This document shows, in pieces, positions 1 to 13,247 of a stretch of DNA of 64,000 nucleotides. The notes beneath the pieces are model-generated. The model searched no databases. It was not told the DNA's origin and was given only the letters and a program-made list of their open reading frames with translations. The first letter of the stretch is position 1. Each line of letters starts with the position of its first letter. A program made the translations under genes and the position numbers. The stretch comes from Octopus vulgaris (taxonomy: Eukaryota): contig OX597839.1 of NCBI GenBank assembly GCA_951406725.2, forward strand, positions 15,934,001 to 15,998,000. The letters are read 5' to 3'.

Positions 1-1253
1 CGAGAGTGTAATGGGTGCTTTTACATGCCACCAACAAGGGTGTCAGTTTGCATTACACCAGTACCTGTCACGACTATGATTTCACTTGGCTTCATGGGTC
101 CTCTTCTCAAGCACATCATTTGTCATTGCCTCCTTGAGACCCAGCATTCAGAAGGTGCTTTTTACATGCCAGCAGCATGGCTGCTAGTTACGTGACATCA
201 GCATCACGTTGTCTCTGTGAGGTCCAGTGCTCGAAAGATGCTTTCTACGTGCCACCAGCACAGGTGCCAGTTACATGGCAATGACCACAGCTTTCACAGG
301 TGCCAATGACCACAGCTATCACAGATGCTTTCACAGGTGGTAATGATCGTGACTATGATTTCACTTGGCTTGATGAGTCTTCGCATGCATGGCATATTAT
401 AACCAAAGGTCTTGGTCACTAGTCATTGCCTTTGTGAGGCCCAACATTTGAAGATCATGCATCACCTTATTCCATGTCTTCCTGGGTCTCTCTCTTCCAC
501 AGCTTCCTTCCACTGGTAGAGATCAGAACTTCTTCACACAACTGTCCACATCCATACACATCACATGACTGTACCAACACAGTCATCTCTCTTGTACACC
601 ACATCTGATGCCAGCTTTTCTTTCAAGATGCTTACACTCTGTCGCACGTGCACACTAACATTACACATCCAGCAAAGCATACCAGCTTCATTTCTTTCAA
701 GCCTATGCATGTCCTCAGCAGTCACAGCCCATGTTCCACTGCCACATAACATGGCTGTTCATACATAGGCATCTTACAACTTGCCTTTCACTCCGAGGGA
801 GGGGCCCTTTGTTACCAACAGAGGTAGGAGCTCTCTGAATTTTGCCCAACCTATTATACTCTCAGCTACTGATTTGGTCGCCTAGGTAACGGAAGCTGTC
901 AACTACTTCCAGTTTTCCTCCCTGGCATTTGATGGAGTCCCTTTTCAGAACATTTATAGTGTTGATTGTACCTCTGCATCTACCAAACACAAAAACTTTT
1001 TCCCTTGCTAACCTTCTTGTGATATTGCTGCAACAAATTCCATAAGATGAACCCAGTGTACACTGGGTACATCTTATGGAATTTTTACCTACGCCTTTCT
1101 GACAGAACAAGCAGGGCCATCCACTTGAAGGGATTTGTGATTTATCTGCTTTCCTACTTATTAAGACTTTGGTTTTTACTAAGTTAACTCTAAGGCCCTT
1201 TGGTTCTAGACCTTACTTCCACACCTCAAATTTCTTCTCTAGTTCTGGTAGTG
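1..1253 (-). mobile_element. Degenerate 5'-truncated RTE-clade LINE (RT end, PHD-like insert, thumb, C-terminus, 3' UTR repeats)
   Basis: Minus ORFs 862-1110 (GVGKNSIRCTQC...KLEVVDSFRYLGDQ) and 561-752 (TWAVTAEDMHRLERNEAGML) match the family at 57-60 kb. Frameshifted. The 3' UTR GCTGGTGGCACGTA-type repeats lie at 1-270. Confidence 0.9.
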
Positions 1254-1347
1254 ATCATATGTAAATGTATATATCTATATCTATATATATATAAAAATAG
1301 GAACGTGATCCTATTCTTAATAATTTATTTACTGACTATATTATACC

Positions 1348-2520
1348 TGCAGCGGCAGCGGCAATACACATAAGTTTGGAATGACAACAAGATTTCTTTT
1401 TAAGATATATACATTATTTATTTTACATATTTTACAATCATGTGGATTCTAAGAGTTCGTAAGCGTTAGCATGTTTTTGTGTCTGTGTGTTCGTTAGGCG
1501 TAAAAAGGTACTGACCAGTGAAATGACGATGGGATTTGATTCACAGTTCATGTTGTTGGTATCGGCCTGGCAACAGGTAATAACAGATGGCTTAAGGTAG
1601 TTCTTAGAAGAAACTAGAACCCAAGAACAGATAATTGATTTACCGTTTATGAGGTACAGCGTGAGAGTTCTATATCAAGGTTGCGTCTCGTAGTGTAGAT
1701 TAATTGAATCACTCGTTGTGTTTATCTTTCTCTTGATATGAATATACTTCCAGACATGTTGACTGTAGCCGTTTTTTCCGTGGCGAGAATTTCACCTAAC
1801 CGCTATAGCTGAATCTGTAGTTGTCTCGTGTACAAATTAAATCTTCGATGTTTGTCGATTGGTTCTTGCTGCTTCTTCATTATTTTCTGCTTGGTTATTT
1901 TTCTCTAGTTATAGATATCTTGTAACCGTTTTCATGGTGATATTTCACACTAACAGTATGAGAGGTATCTGTAACATCTTGTATTAATGGTGGTCGCCTG
2001 CCTTCGGACTGGAACTTCGTCGAGTATTCTCTGTGTGGTCAGAGACTTAGCTCTTAAAAGAACTAAAAGCCTAAGACGAGCTCTGTGGTCAGAGGTTCGC
2101 CCTGAGAAGGACTGGAAACCTAAGACAAGCTCTGTGTGGTCAGAGGTTTAGCTCTGAGAAGAACTAAAAACCTAAGACAAGCTCTGTGTGGTCAGAGGTT
2201 TAGCTCTGAGAAGAACTAAAAACCTAAGACGAATATTTTTCTGAGAAACCTTGTTTTATAAGCTTCACCAGGCTCCCAGTGAACTTCAGAAATGGAAAGC
2301 TGTGATTGGCTGCTTGGACTATGGCGCGAAAATAAGTCGAGACATTTTGCGCCAAGTTATAACCAGCGGTGCGAGCGTAGTAGAGACCAACGTGTCAGCC
2401 AATCGAATTAGTGTTTACAACAATGTTGAACTAGCCAAAGCTGTTTGTAATCTCGACCAAGGTCATTCTTAATACTCTTCTCAAACAGTGAAGATAGCAA
2501 TGAGAGACGATATTGCTACA
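1348..2520 (-). mobile_element. Probable solo LTR or LTR-like element (left boundary uncertain)
   Basis: CpG-rich block in CpG-poor DNA. Minus strand starts TGTAGCA at 2520, has CCAAT-type motifs (2305, 2399), TATAAAA (2254-2260), internal tandem repeats and a downstream AATAAA (~1417-1422). Confidence 0.5.
2029..2230. repeat. Minisatellite, 4 x ~49-52 bp
   Basis: Unit CTCTGTGTGGTCAGAGGTTTAGCTCTGAGAAGAACTAAAAACCTAAGAC starts at 2029, 2081, 2130 and 2182. Confidence 0.9.
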
Positions 2521-2775
2521 TATATATATGTGTGTGTGTGTGTGTGTGTTTGTGTGTGTATGGATGTGTTTGTGTGTGCATATATATGTATGTATATATA
2601 TATGTGAATGGCGGTGCCCCAGCATGGCCACAGTTCGTGAGCTGAAACTAGATAAAATAAAATAAAATAAATGTATGTATGTGTGTATATATATATATGT
2701 ATGTATATGTATATAGATATATATGTATATATAAATATATATGTATATATATGTATATGTATATAAATATATATA

Positions 2776-2951
2776 TTTGAAGAAGGAAAAGAATGGCTTC
2801 ACTGGCAGTTCTAATCAATTTAATTTTCTAATAATATAATTTTACTGTTTTGTTTTTTGATCTAGATCTAAAAACCAAACTATAAAATTATATTATTAGA
2901 AAATTAAATTGATTAGAACTGCCAGTGAAGCCATTCTTTTCCTTTTTCAAA
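2776..2951. repeat. Near-perfect 176-bp palindrome
   Basis: Arms GGAAAAGAATGGCTTCACTGGCAGTTCTAATC / GATTAGAACTGCCAGTGAAGCCATTCTTTTCC centred on GATCTAGATC. Confidence 0.92.
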
Positions 2952-3025
2952 GATGACTAACTGTACCAAGGATTTCACAAATTTTCCAGTGTGTGTGTGT
3001 GTGCATGCACATGTGTGTGTATGTC

Positions 3026-3063
<38 letters not shown>

Positions 3064-3187
3064 AGATACACACACACACACATATATACTTACATATATA
3101 TATGTACACCAAAGTCACACATAACACCAAATATATAGTGCGTGTGTTTTTATTGGCTAAACTGGCAATATGACCATTCCGAAATAT

Positions 3188-3228
<41 letters not shown>

Positions 3229-3301
3229 CACACACACACATATATACTTACATATATATATGTGTGCACATACACCGCTATATATATATGATAATAAAAA
3301 A

Positions 3302-3342
<41 letters not shown>

Positions 3343-3989
3343 TACACACACATATGTAGGAAATTGTTTTCTTCTATTAAGCTTAAGATTCGAAACTGAA
3401 TCCTCACACTTGTTGCTTGTCAGAAAAATATCTGATCCCTTGTGTTTAGTCTTGATGTAGGGTGATTAACGAGAAACACCTGACCTCTAAAGACCTTCAG
3501 TGTTTGGAGAAAGATCAATCCATTGTTTTAAGTTCGACTGACTTCCTGACCAAACCTTATATAACTGATTGAAGGGCTTGCTTCTATCTCTCTTTGGTTT
3601 TCAGTCGGCTAACCAGGGGCATTAACTGAATGAAAAGAACAAAGCAATTCTCACTCTTTCTTCTTCTCTGTCAACAGTGTGTAACTTGGCTTCCATACAC
3701 AGCTTCCCGCACACAGCTAAAAGCCCATGAGCAACACATTGTCATTGCCACTACAATTACTAATGTGTCTCTGTTACTAACCACTGTCAGCATATGGATC
3801 TGTAAATATTATTCTTTTCTCTTCGATGCTGCTATTACGCTGTCTCATCCTACTTTTGACCATCTACAAATAACAACCCAAGGCAGAACAAAAACCGTTA
3901 TTTGTACATCAACTAACATTTCATCTGTGCTCTACAAATGGAACCACATCTGTCAAATATATTTGGTGACCCCAAACACTCATACGTTG

Positions 3990-4205
3990 TTATATGTGAC
4001 CGTGTGTGTACTGTTGGCGATTTTTTTTCCTCTGTCTTCCCTCCTCTGGATCTTTCCTTCTCCTATCTTTCCGATGAAGAGCTCCGCTCGAAACGTTAAA
4101 CCCTCCTTCTTCCCTTCCTTCCTGAGCATCCAATAATACTATATTTGTTCCATGTCCTCGTGTTGTTGTGTTTTCTCTTTGTGTTTTCATGTTTGGATTA
4201 ACTTT
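3990..4205 (+). mobile_element. Penelope-like terminal repeat family A with minimal hammerhead motif (4067-4101)
   Basis: CCGATGA-A-GAGC-TCC-GCTC-GAAAC-GTT-AAAC. Homologous copies on the minus strand at 44585-44793 and 47172-47362 have CTGATGA. Confidence 0.65.
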
Positions 4206-4897
4206 ATACACATACGTATATATATATTCTTTTACTTATTTGAATCACTTGACTGTGGCCAAGTTGGAGCACTGCCTTAGAGGATTTTAATCAAAGAAAT
4301 TGACTCCAGGACTTATTCTTTATAAGCCTAGTACTTATTCTATCGGCCCCTTTTGCCAAACTGCTAAGTTACAAAGACATAAACACACCAGCATCAATTG
4401 TCAAGTGATGAGGAGGGGGGAAGAAACACAAACACACACACATAAATACATATATACATATATATACATACACACACACACACACATATATATATATGAT
4501 GATGTGTAAATGCCAGTGTGTATGAATTAATGAATGGCAGGACACAAATGGGTCAAGAGAAAAACTGGGTGTAAAAGGCATCAGGTGGAATGTGCAAGGG
4601 GTGGGGGCAGTGTGTTGATTCAGATGTGTGATGTAGATGAAGACTGACAATGAGATGAAGAAGTGCCAAGCAATCCAAGTTGACATAACAGAAGTGGAGG
4701 GCATGGGAAGAAGTAATGAAGGTTGCCCTCGGGTTGTTGAACCTCAAAAAGTAGAGGATAAGAACTGTGACGTAGCAAGATGGTGTGCTGGAAAACTACA
4801 CTTGCATCCAAAATATGCAAGTGAAGAAAAACTGGACATAAAATGATGATGATGACTAAAAGTAGATGATTGACATGACTAGTGTTACTGATATTGT

Positions 4898-5320
4898 AAG
4901 GTGCTGAACTGGCAGAATTGTTACTGCATTTCGTCCATCTTTATGTTCTGAGTTCAAACTCTACCAAGGTTGACTTTGCCTTTCATGTTTGATAAAATAA
5001 GCACCAGTTGAATGTTGGGGGATCGATGTAATTGACTTTTGCCCTTCCTTGAACGTGCTGACCTTATGCCAAAATTTTAAACCAATATTTCTGGTCAAAA
5101 TAAAGCTGAACGCTGACAGAATCGTTAACATACTGGGAAAAAATGCTTAGCAGCATTCCACCTGTCTTTAAGTTCTCAAGTTCAAATTCTGCCGGAAGTG
5201 ATTTTGCCCTTCATCCTTTTGGAGTCGATAAAATAAATATACCAGTTGAGTACTGGGGTCGATGTAATTGACTTACCTCTTCTTCCGAAATTGCTGGCCT
5301 TGTGCCAAAATTTGAAAGCA
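4898..5320 (+). mobile_element. Two tandem tRNA-headed SINEs with Deu/Nin-like central domain
   Basis: GCTGGCAGAAT...GAGTTCAAATTC (A/B-box-like), then TTTCATCCTTT..GTCGATAAAATAA.TACCAG. Same family at 5850-5975, 6925-7365 (-), 37735-37850 and 55560-56237. Confidence 0.75.
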
Positions 5321-6104
5321 GTATTACTGATATTGATAAAAACGCCCCTGTGCACACAGGTGAAAGCCTCCCCTAGGTGGAAATTGCAAGCTAGTTTTGC
5401 AGAACCTACGGGTTGCTCAATAAATTTGCAGCTTCTTACAACGATGAGTTGTTTAAACACCAAGATTTCAACTGGCAGCCTTCTTGTCCAATTGATTTTT
5501 GATCAATATTGCTGATTAGGTTTTAATAGGAAATGATTAACAATAATAATAATTTTACAGAAAATAAAGTAAATCTTGACTGCGGAATAACTGCGCAAAC
5601 ATCTTAGAATATAGGATGAATACCCTTAGAAGACAGAAAAAGTGGCCAGCAAGCTGCCTCTCAAATTCCAGCTAGGAAGAGATACAAGGTTCGATTCTCT
5701 GTAGTGGCTTCTAAGGGTATTTACACAATCTTTTTAGCTGCTTTCACAGCTACTCTCTGTTTGAGATTTTCTTTATTTTCTGTAAAATACCAAATCCCTG
5801 AGTGCTTCAGTTTGTTTATAAAAATGTTCTCAAAAATAATAACAATCATCATCCTTTCTACTTTAGACACAAGGCCTGAAATTTTGGGGGAGGGTGGGGG
5901 ATATTCAATTACATCCCCAAAGAGATGAAAGGCAAAGTTGATGTCAGCAGAATTTGAACTCAGAACACAAAAACAAATGAAAAGTTGTTGACTGCCATGA
6001 CACTGCATCTTTTAAGGCCCTCATGCTTTCCGAAATCCGCCGAAACTACACCTGATTATATATACACTTTAGATGAGTTGTAGTGCACCTGAGCACTGTA
6101 CACA

Positions 6105-6137
<33 letters not shown>

Positions 6138-6199
6138 AGTATTTTGCCCAGCATGCTAATGATTCTGCCAGCTTGCTACCATCATCATCTTTGTTGTTG

Positions 6200-6812
6200 T
6201 CATCAGCATTGTTTAATGTCTGCTTTCCATGCTGGCATGGGTTGGACGGTTTGACTGGGGACTGGCAAACCAGTAGGCTGCACCAGGCTCCAATCTGATC
6301 TGGCAAAGTTTCTACAGCTGGTAGCCCTTCCTAAAGCCAATCACTCCAAGAGTGAAGTGGGTGCTTTTTACGTGCCACCAGTACAAGGGCTAATCAGGCG
6401 GTACTGGCACTGACCACACTCAAATGTGCTTTTTAGGTGCCACCTGCACAAGATCCAATCCAGCGGTACTAGCAATGCCCGTGCTCAAATGTTGTTTTTT
6501 ACATGCCACTGGCACAGGAGCCAGTCAGGCAACGCTGGCAACGATCACGCTCGAATGGTACTTTTTACGTACCATCAGCACGTGAGCCAGTCAGTGACCC
6601 TGGCAAAATCATGCTTGAATGGTGCTTTTAACATTCCACTGGCACGGGTGCCAATCAAGTGGTACTGTCATCAGCCACGACACCAATTTCACTTGCCTCA
6701 ACAGGTCTTCGTAGTTTATTATCCAATGATTGAAGGGTGCTCTTAACTGGGCTGGTTATACAGCACTGGCATAGGCCACGGTTATGGTCTCACTTGGCTT
6801 GCCGGGTCTTCT
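6200..6812 (-). mobile_element. RTE LINE 3' UTR/tail fragment
   Basis: Reverse-complement similarity to 59830-60475. Other tails at 8890-9105, 10629-10815, 11506-11950, 14860-14972, 15342-15515, 16046-16327, 23370-23560, 24208-24392, 24700-25030, 46984-47166 and 61785-61975. Confidence 0.85.
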
Positions 6813-7977
6813 CTAACAATAATAATAATTCTTTCTAAATGCCACTAAGAATTTTATCCGGAGTAGATGCTGCTTGCTCGCTGCCTTTAATAATAATGAT
6901 ACTACTACTACTAATAATAATAATAATCCTTTCTACTATAGGCACAAGGCTTGTAATTTGGTGGAAAGAGACTACAGTTTATTACATTGACCCCAGTACT
7001 CACCTGGTACTTATTTTATTGACCCCAAAAGGATTAAAGGCAAAGTTGACCTTGGCAAAATATGAACCCAGAACGTAAAGACAGACAAAACACTGCTAAG
7101 CATTTTGCCTTGTGTGCTAACAATTCTGCCAGCTTGCCACCTTAATAATAATTATTATTATTTCAAATTTTTGCTACAAAAGCAGCTTGGGGAAGATGGG
7201 GATGAATTAATTACATCAACCCCAGTGTACAACTGGTACATATTTTATTGACCCCGAAAGGATGCAAGGCAAAATTGATCTCGGTAGAATTTGAACCCAA
7301 AATGTAAAGAAGGACAAAATGCCAATAAGCATTTAGCCTGGTGTGCTAACGATTCCACTACCTTAACAACAACAATAACCACCACCTTTGATTTTAGGTA
7401 TCTAATTTAAATAAATATACAAAGGTCTAATGTAAAAAAAAAGGATCGATGGAATCTAAATTACGAAAAACTGTTTCCATATTGTAAGTGTTTGAAATTG
7501 TGATTACCAACGAAGTACACAACTTATCATCATACACACACATATGTATATACATAAACATATGCACATATACACATAGAAATGTATATGAACATATAAA
7601 CACACACATGTATACGAATATATAAACACACACACACATGTATAAACAAATGTATACATATGTGGTGCTCCAGCATGGACCCAGTCACATAGCTGAAACA
7701 AGTAAAAGAATACACATGTACACACACGTTTATAAACCTACACATGTGTACACACACATATATAAACTTTTATACATGTACATATATTGTGGATTCTACA
7801 GCTGTAGTTGACAGTTGAGAGTTCTCCAGTTTCTTGCTGGACAATCTGAACGGATATGTTGATAACAATTAAATATTTGTGTATATATAATTATATATAA
7901 ACCCACACACTTGCAAACAAGCAAATACACACACATACTTGTGTCCAACAATGGCTTAACTGATCAAAACTTCAAAG

Positions 7978-8176
7978 TTACTGAAGTGACTTTTTTGTGA
8001 ATTTTCTATCCAAAACCAAATCAAAATGCCCGAAACTTGATACGCCAATTGAATGCCAGCTAGCTGTATGTGATTGGTCAGAGATTTGAACAGTACTCGC
8101 GTGTATGTACACACGCAAGCAGCTGTATATGCATGTACTAGCACTATGACCCGGCGTTGCAGGGTCATAGTGCTCG
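7978..8176 (+). mobile_element. 3' part of non-autonomous Helitron-type element
   Basis: Reverse complement of the 41030 and 41891 elements. Terminal hairpin CTAGCACTATGACCCGGCGTTGCAGGGTCATAGTGCTCG. Confidence 0.75.
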
Positions 8177-9747
8177 TATATATATATATATTGAATGATA
8201 GATACATTCAAAACTTGGTAATTTGTGAATATATTGTCTGTAACTGATGGCGCCATGGACAGCAGATTTATAACAGCTGAAGAAGTGCTATGATCACTGA
8301 ATTGTTGGCACAGAAACTTAAAGTCCAGTATGTGAGTCTCTATAATTGTATCATTCAATAAATAGAGTCCTCTATTTCCAACAATACTGAGATTTACTTC
8401 TTTAGTTGTCACATCTACATTCAATCTCACTGCATCCACCTGGGGTATCTTTTACTAAAACCTTGAGTCAACCAGTATTTGGTGGATGGAAAGTACCAGT
8501 CTAAAAATGCTGATGTTGTTATTGTTTATTTTTGTATCACTTGATGTCTCATAACATAGCAGCTGTATAGATAGGGTCCTACAAAAAGTCCTAAAGTTGA
8601 AGTGATTAACCTAAAACAACTCTTGAGGGTGGTGCCCCAGTATGGCCACAGTCCAATCTCTGAATCAGTAAAAGAATATATCTCTATGATGTATTTATAT
8701 ATATATATATTCCTTTTTTTTCTCTTTGCTTTTTCTGTGTCCCTTTCTGTAGAAGAACGTAGGCTCGAAATGAAAAGATTTTTTCTATTCCTGAGCATTA
8801 TACTAATACATCTGTTTGTTTTGTACACCACCTGTCTTCATCTTTTGTTTTTCTCAGAAACTCTCCCTATATATATATATATATATAATATGCTGGTGCC
8901 ACATAAAATACACCTGTGATAGTGCCCCATAAAAGGCATCCAGTACACTCTGTAAGGTGGTTGGCATTAGGAAGGGCATCCAGCTGTAGAAATCATGCCA
9001 AAACAGACAGTTGGAGCCTGGTGCAGCTCTCCTGCTTGTCAGTTCCTGTTAAACCATCCAACCCATAGCAGCATGGAAAACGGACATTAAACAATGATGA
9101 TGATATACACACTTACACACACACACATATACATGTATAGGAATGCTACCGTGACATAAGATTGTGAAGCCTAACATTTATAGATCTTTTTAATTGTGAG
9201 CTATTCAAGACTAGAGAAGGTGAGGTAGAAGACTGCTCCCTCGATATGAGTAGTGGTTGAATAAGATGGAGAAACACAGCAGTCAGCAAAGGTGGAGAAA
9301 GTAGATGCTAAAGTTTCAATATTTGAATGATAAAAAGACATTAGAACAAAAATTCAAAGAACCAAGTTCAACCTCCATCTATATCACCTGATTAAAATTA
9401 AAAATGTTTTATCTAATTTTATTTAACGTTTTTTTGGATTTTTTTTTTCCCGCAAAATATCGTTTTATGCTGTTTATGAATTATTTATAAATATCCAGTT
9501 GAAATAACTGCACTTTCAATGTATTTATGAATATGTGTATCTGTCTGTCTGTCTCTCTATATATATTTAGATCACATTCTCAGATTGGAAAGACAAAAAG
9601 GTGAGGAGACAGACAGCGATAGATAAGATGAAGTGGGTAAATATATAGATTAGCTTGTTATGTATTGTATGTAAGATAATATAAAATAGGCAGACAGAAA
9701 TAGAGGAAGAGAAAGAGGAAATGTGTTCACTAATAATGTCTGTGTAT

Positions 9748-9795
<48 letters not shown>

Positions 9796-9824
9796 GTGTA
9801 TCTAAGCACAGAAATTTATGTACC

Positions 9825-9859
<35 letters not shown>

Positions 9860-12794
9860 ACATACATATAAATGTGTATCTCTACATATAAATATATATA
9901 CATACAGATATAAATATAAATATATATACATACACATATAAATATATGTATATATGCACACAAATATATGTAAATATGTGCACAACTATATATAATATAT
10001 GTATATATGCATACACACACACATATATTTATATACACACAGATACATGCACACATAAACCCAGATATGATCACACACACACACACACACACATTGCAAT
10101 AACCGAACATACACACAGTCTCACAGACAGACATAATTACTGCTTCTGAATTAATGATGTTGACAAAATTGGCCGCTATTTGAATGTGACACCAGTGTGT
10201 TGTGGTCCATTATATATGACAGAAGGTGAAATGGTGAACAAATTGCTGCTGTGGTGGTGGCGGCGACGGCCGGGTTGGGGGTTTGAAGAACAGGAGGAAA
10301 GAGAACGGAGAGGAGGTGGGGGGTGGGGTGTTTAAAAACAACACATTAAGAGAAGAGATTCAGAGATGGCACTGGACCGGATGTAAGAGATCAGTTAATT
10401 CGACTCCATCTTTCCTGCTTTGAGGATAAAAATAAAACAAATGAAAGCGAAAACAGAAATAAATAATGTAAAAAAAAAAGAAGCAATTGTCAACAAAATT
10501 GTGGAGACTGACAGACTGGCTGGCAGGCTGGTTGGGCTGGTCGGCAGAGATTCTGATGTCTCCCTCCCCAAACCCACATCTCTCTCTCTCTCTCTCTTGA
10601 TATATATATATATACATATATATATATATCATCATCATCATCATCATCGTTTAACGTCCATTTTCCATGCTAGCATGGGTTGGACGACGGTTTGACTGGG
10701 GTCTGGGAAGCCAGGAGGCTGCACCAGGCTCCAGTCTGATCTGGCAGTGTTTCTACAGTTGGATGCCCTTCCTAACGCCAACCACTCCACGAGCGTAGTG
10801 GGTGCTTTTTTACGAGCCTTGTATTTGCTATCAGGATGAGCAGAGGTGCAAGTCCTGGCACTCCAGGTTCCAGTTGATATGTGACTTCAATTATATATCA
10901 ACTGAAATTTGTTAATCAGTAGCTACAACACTATTACTGTCCATTAAAAAAAATTCAGTTTTCTGGATATCTTCCAAAGAATATCCCCACCCCTACTGTA
11001 CACTGAGTAACCAGAGGTGATCAGAGGTACATGTTATCATGGGACTTTTAAATATGCACAACAAACCAAGAGCCATTCTTGTGCTGGTGTACTCTCTAGC
11101 CATTAGTTCACCTGCCATATTTTCAACAAAGGTTCCTAGAAATGTTTCAAATAACATTAGAATGAGTACATAGTCCTGCTTTACTCCATGAGCAACCAAA
11201 AAAGAAGGCCAAGATGCCACACTGTAGGGGGAGGGAGAGAGACTGCAGTAATCATTACTACAGATGAAACTACCTATCTCCATCAATTTGTCAGGCTATC
11301 CATATCTTTTGAGCAGATACCAGGTGTGGCTGTGTGGTAAGATGCTTGCTTCCCAACCACATGGTGCTGGGTTCAGTCTCAGTGAGTAGTGCCTTGGGCA
11401 AATGTCTGCTGTAATAACTGTGGGCTGATTGAAACTTAGTGGGTGGATTTGGTAGATGAAAACTGAAAGAAGCCCGTCATGTGTGTGTGTGTGTGTGTAT
11501 ATATATCATCACCATCATTTAACATCCACTTTCCATGCTAGCATGGGTTGGACGATTTTGACTGAGGTCTGGTGAACCAGATGGCTGCACCAGGCTCCAA
11601 ACTTGATCTGGCAGAGTTTCTACAGCTGGATGCCCTTCCTAACGCCAACCACTCCGAGAGTGTAGTGGGTGCCTTTTATGTGCCACTGGCACGGGGCCAG
11701 TCAGGCGGTACTGGCAATGACCTCGCTCAAATCTTTTTACACATGCCACCGGCACAAGTACCAGTAAGGCGACGCTGGTAACAATCATGCTCAAATGGTG
11801 CCTTTTACGTGCCACCAGCATGGAAGCCAGTTAGCCGCTCTGGTAATGATCACACTCGGATGGTGCTCTTGGCACCCTACTAGCATGGGCACAAGTGCCA
11901 GTAAGGCGATGCTGGTAATGATCACACCCGAATGGTGCCACTGGCATGGAAGATACAGATAAAGAAATAATTTTATTTTCAAACGCAGGATAATGCTGAT
12001 AATATAGCATGAACGGGATAAACTATCTGTATTTTTCAGAAAAATCTGTTGGTGACCAGCCATGAGACTCGAACTCACATCCCTGTGATTACCATTAAGC
12101 TAAACTGCCCAGCGACAAATTCCTCAAAGATTTTAGGATAAATAAATCTAGCTTTATAAGACGCTATCATACATTAAATTCAACTTACATTGAAAGTCAA
12201 CAAAGTTTGCTTTAGAAACGTTGAGATGTATTAAAAGATACAGATTATCTTTGTTTGTTGACTTTCAACCTAAGTTGAATTTAATATATATATATATGAA
12301 ATAAAAATGAGGGTGAAAAATTGGATATTAATTCAATAACATCAATTTTAACACCAGTGGTCTAGCATATAGAAAAACTGAGATTCAGTAAATAGTATTT
12401 TATACATAAATATAAGTGGGAAGTTTTTAACAACTAAGTAGAAACCCTTATGCTAGAAGAAGATCCGCTATGGTCTCAACCACTAAGAATTGTTCTCCAG
12501 AATATTTAGCACACCAGAAACGTTTCAGGAAAGTTTGACCTTTGCCTTGAGTATACTGCTGAGTAATGAGTAAATTCCAAGGTGTATAAAAATGATAATT
12601 ATAATTCAGTTTCCCCACCTCCCATCCCATATGTATATGTATATATATTGGAGTGCCCAGAAATATACTTATGTACATGCATATATGTAAATAAATGTAT
12701 GTGCATGTATGTATAAGGATGAATGTATTTGTTGATTAATGTATGTATATAAGTATGCATATGTCTGTGTGTATATATATGTATGTATATATAT

Positions 12795-13193
12795 TTACTC
12801 TTACTCTTTTACTTGTTTCAGTCATTTGACTGTGGCCATGCTGGAGTACCGCCTTTAGTTGAGCAAATCGACCCCAGAGCTTATTCTTTGTAAGCCCAGT
12901 ACTTATTCTATCGGTCTCTTTTGCCGAACTGCTAAGTGACGAGGACGTAAACACACCAGCATCGGTTGTCAAGCAATGCTAGAGGGACAAACACAGACAC
13001 ACAAACATATACACACACATACATATATACGACAGGCTTCATTCAGTTTCCGTCTACCAAATCCACTCACAAGGCTTTGGTCGGCCCAAGGCTATAGCAG
13101 AAGACACTTGCCCAAGATGCCATGCAGTGGGACTGAACCCAGAACCATGTGGTTGGTAAGCAAGCTACTCACCACACAGCCACTCCTGCGCCT
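12795..13193 (-). mobile_element. Full-length tRNA-derived CORE-type SINE
   Basis: Minus head GGCGCAGGAGTGGCTGTGTGGT...GGTTCAGTCCC, CORE-like CTTGGGCAAGTGTCTT, internal (TG)/(TA) tract, tail TGACTGAAACAAGTAAAAGAG. Confidence 0.85.
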
Positions 13194-13202
13194 ATTATTT
13201 GA

Positions 13203-13247
<45 letters not shown>

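Noticed and set aside
7978-8439. 153-aa minus ORF
   Set aside because: Its distal half runs through a microsatellite and a Helitron-type repeat. No recognisable domain.
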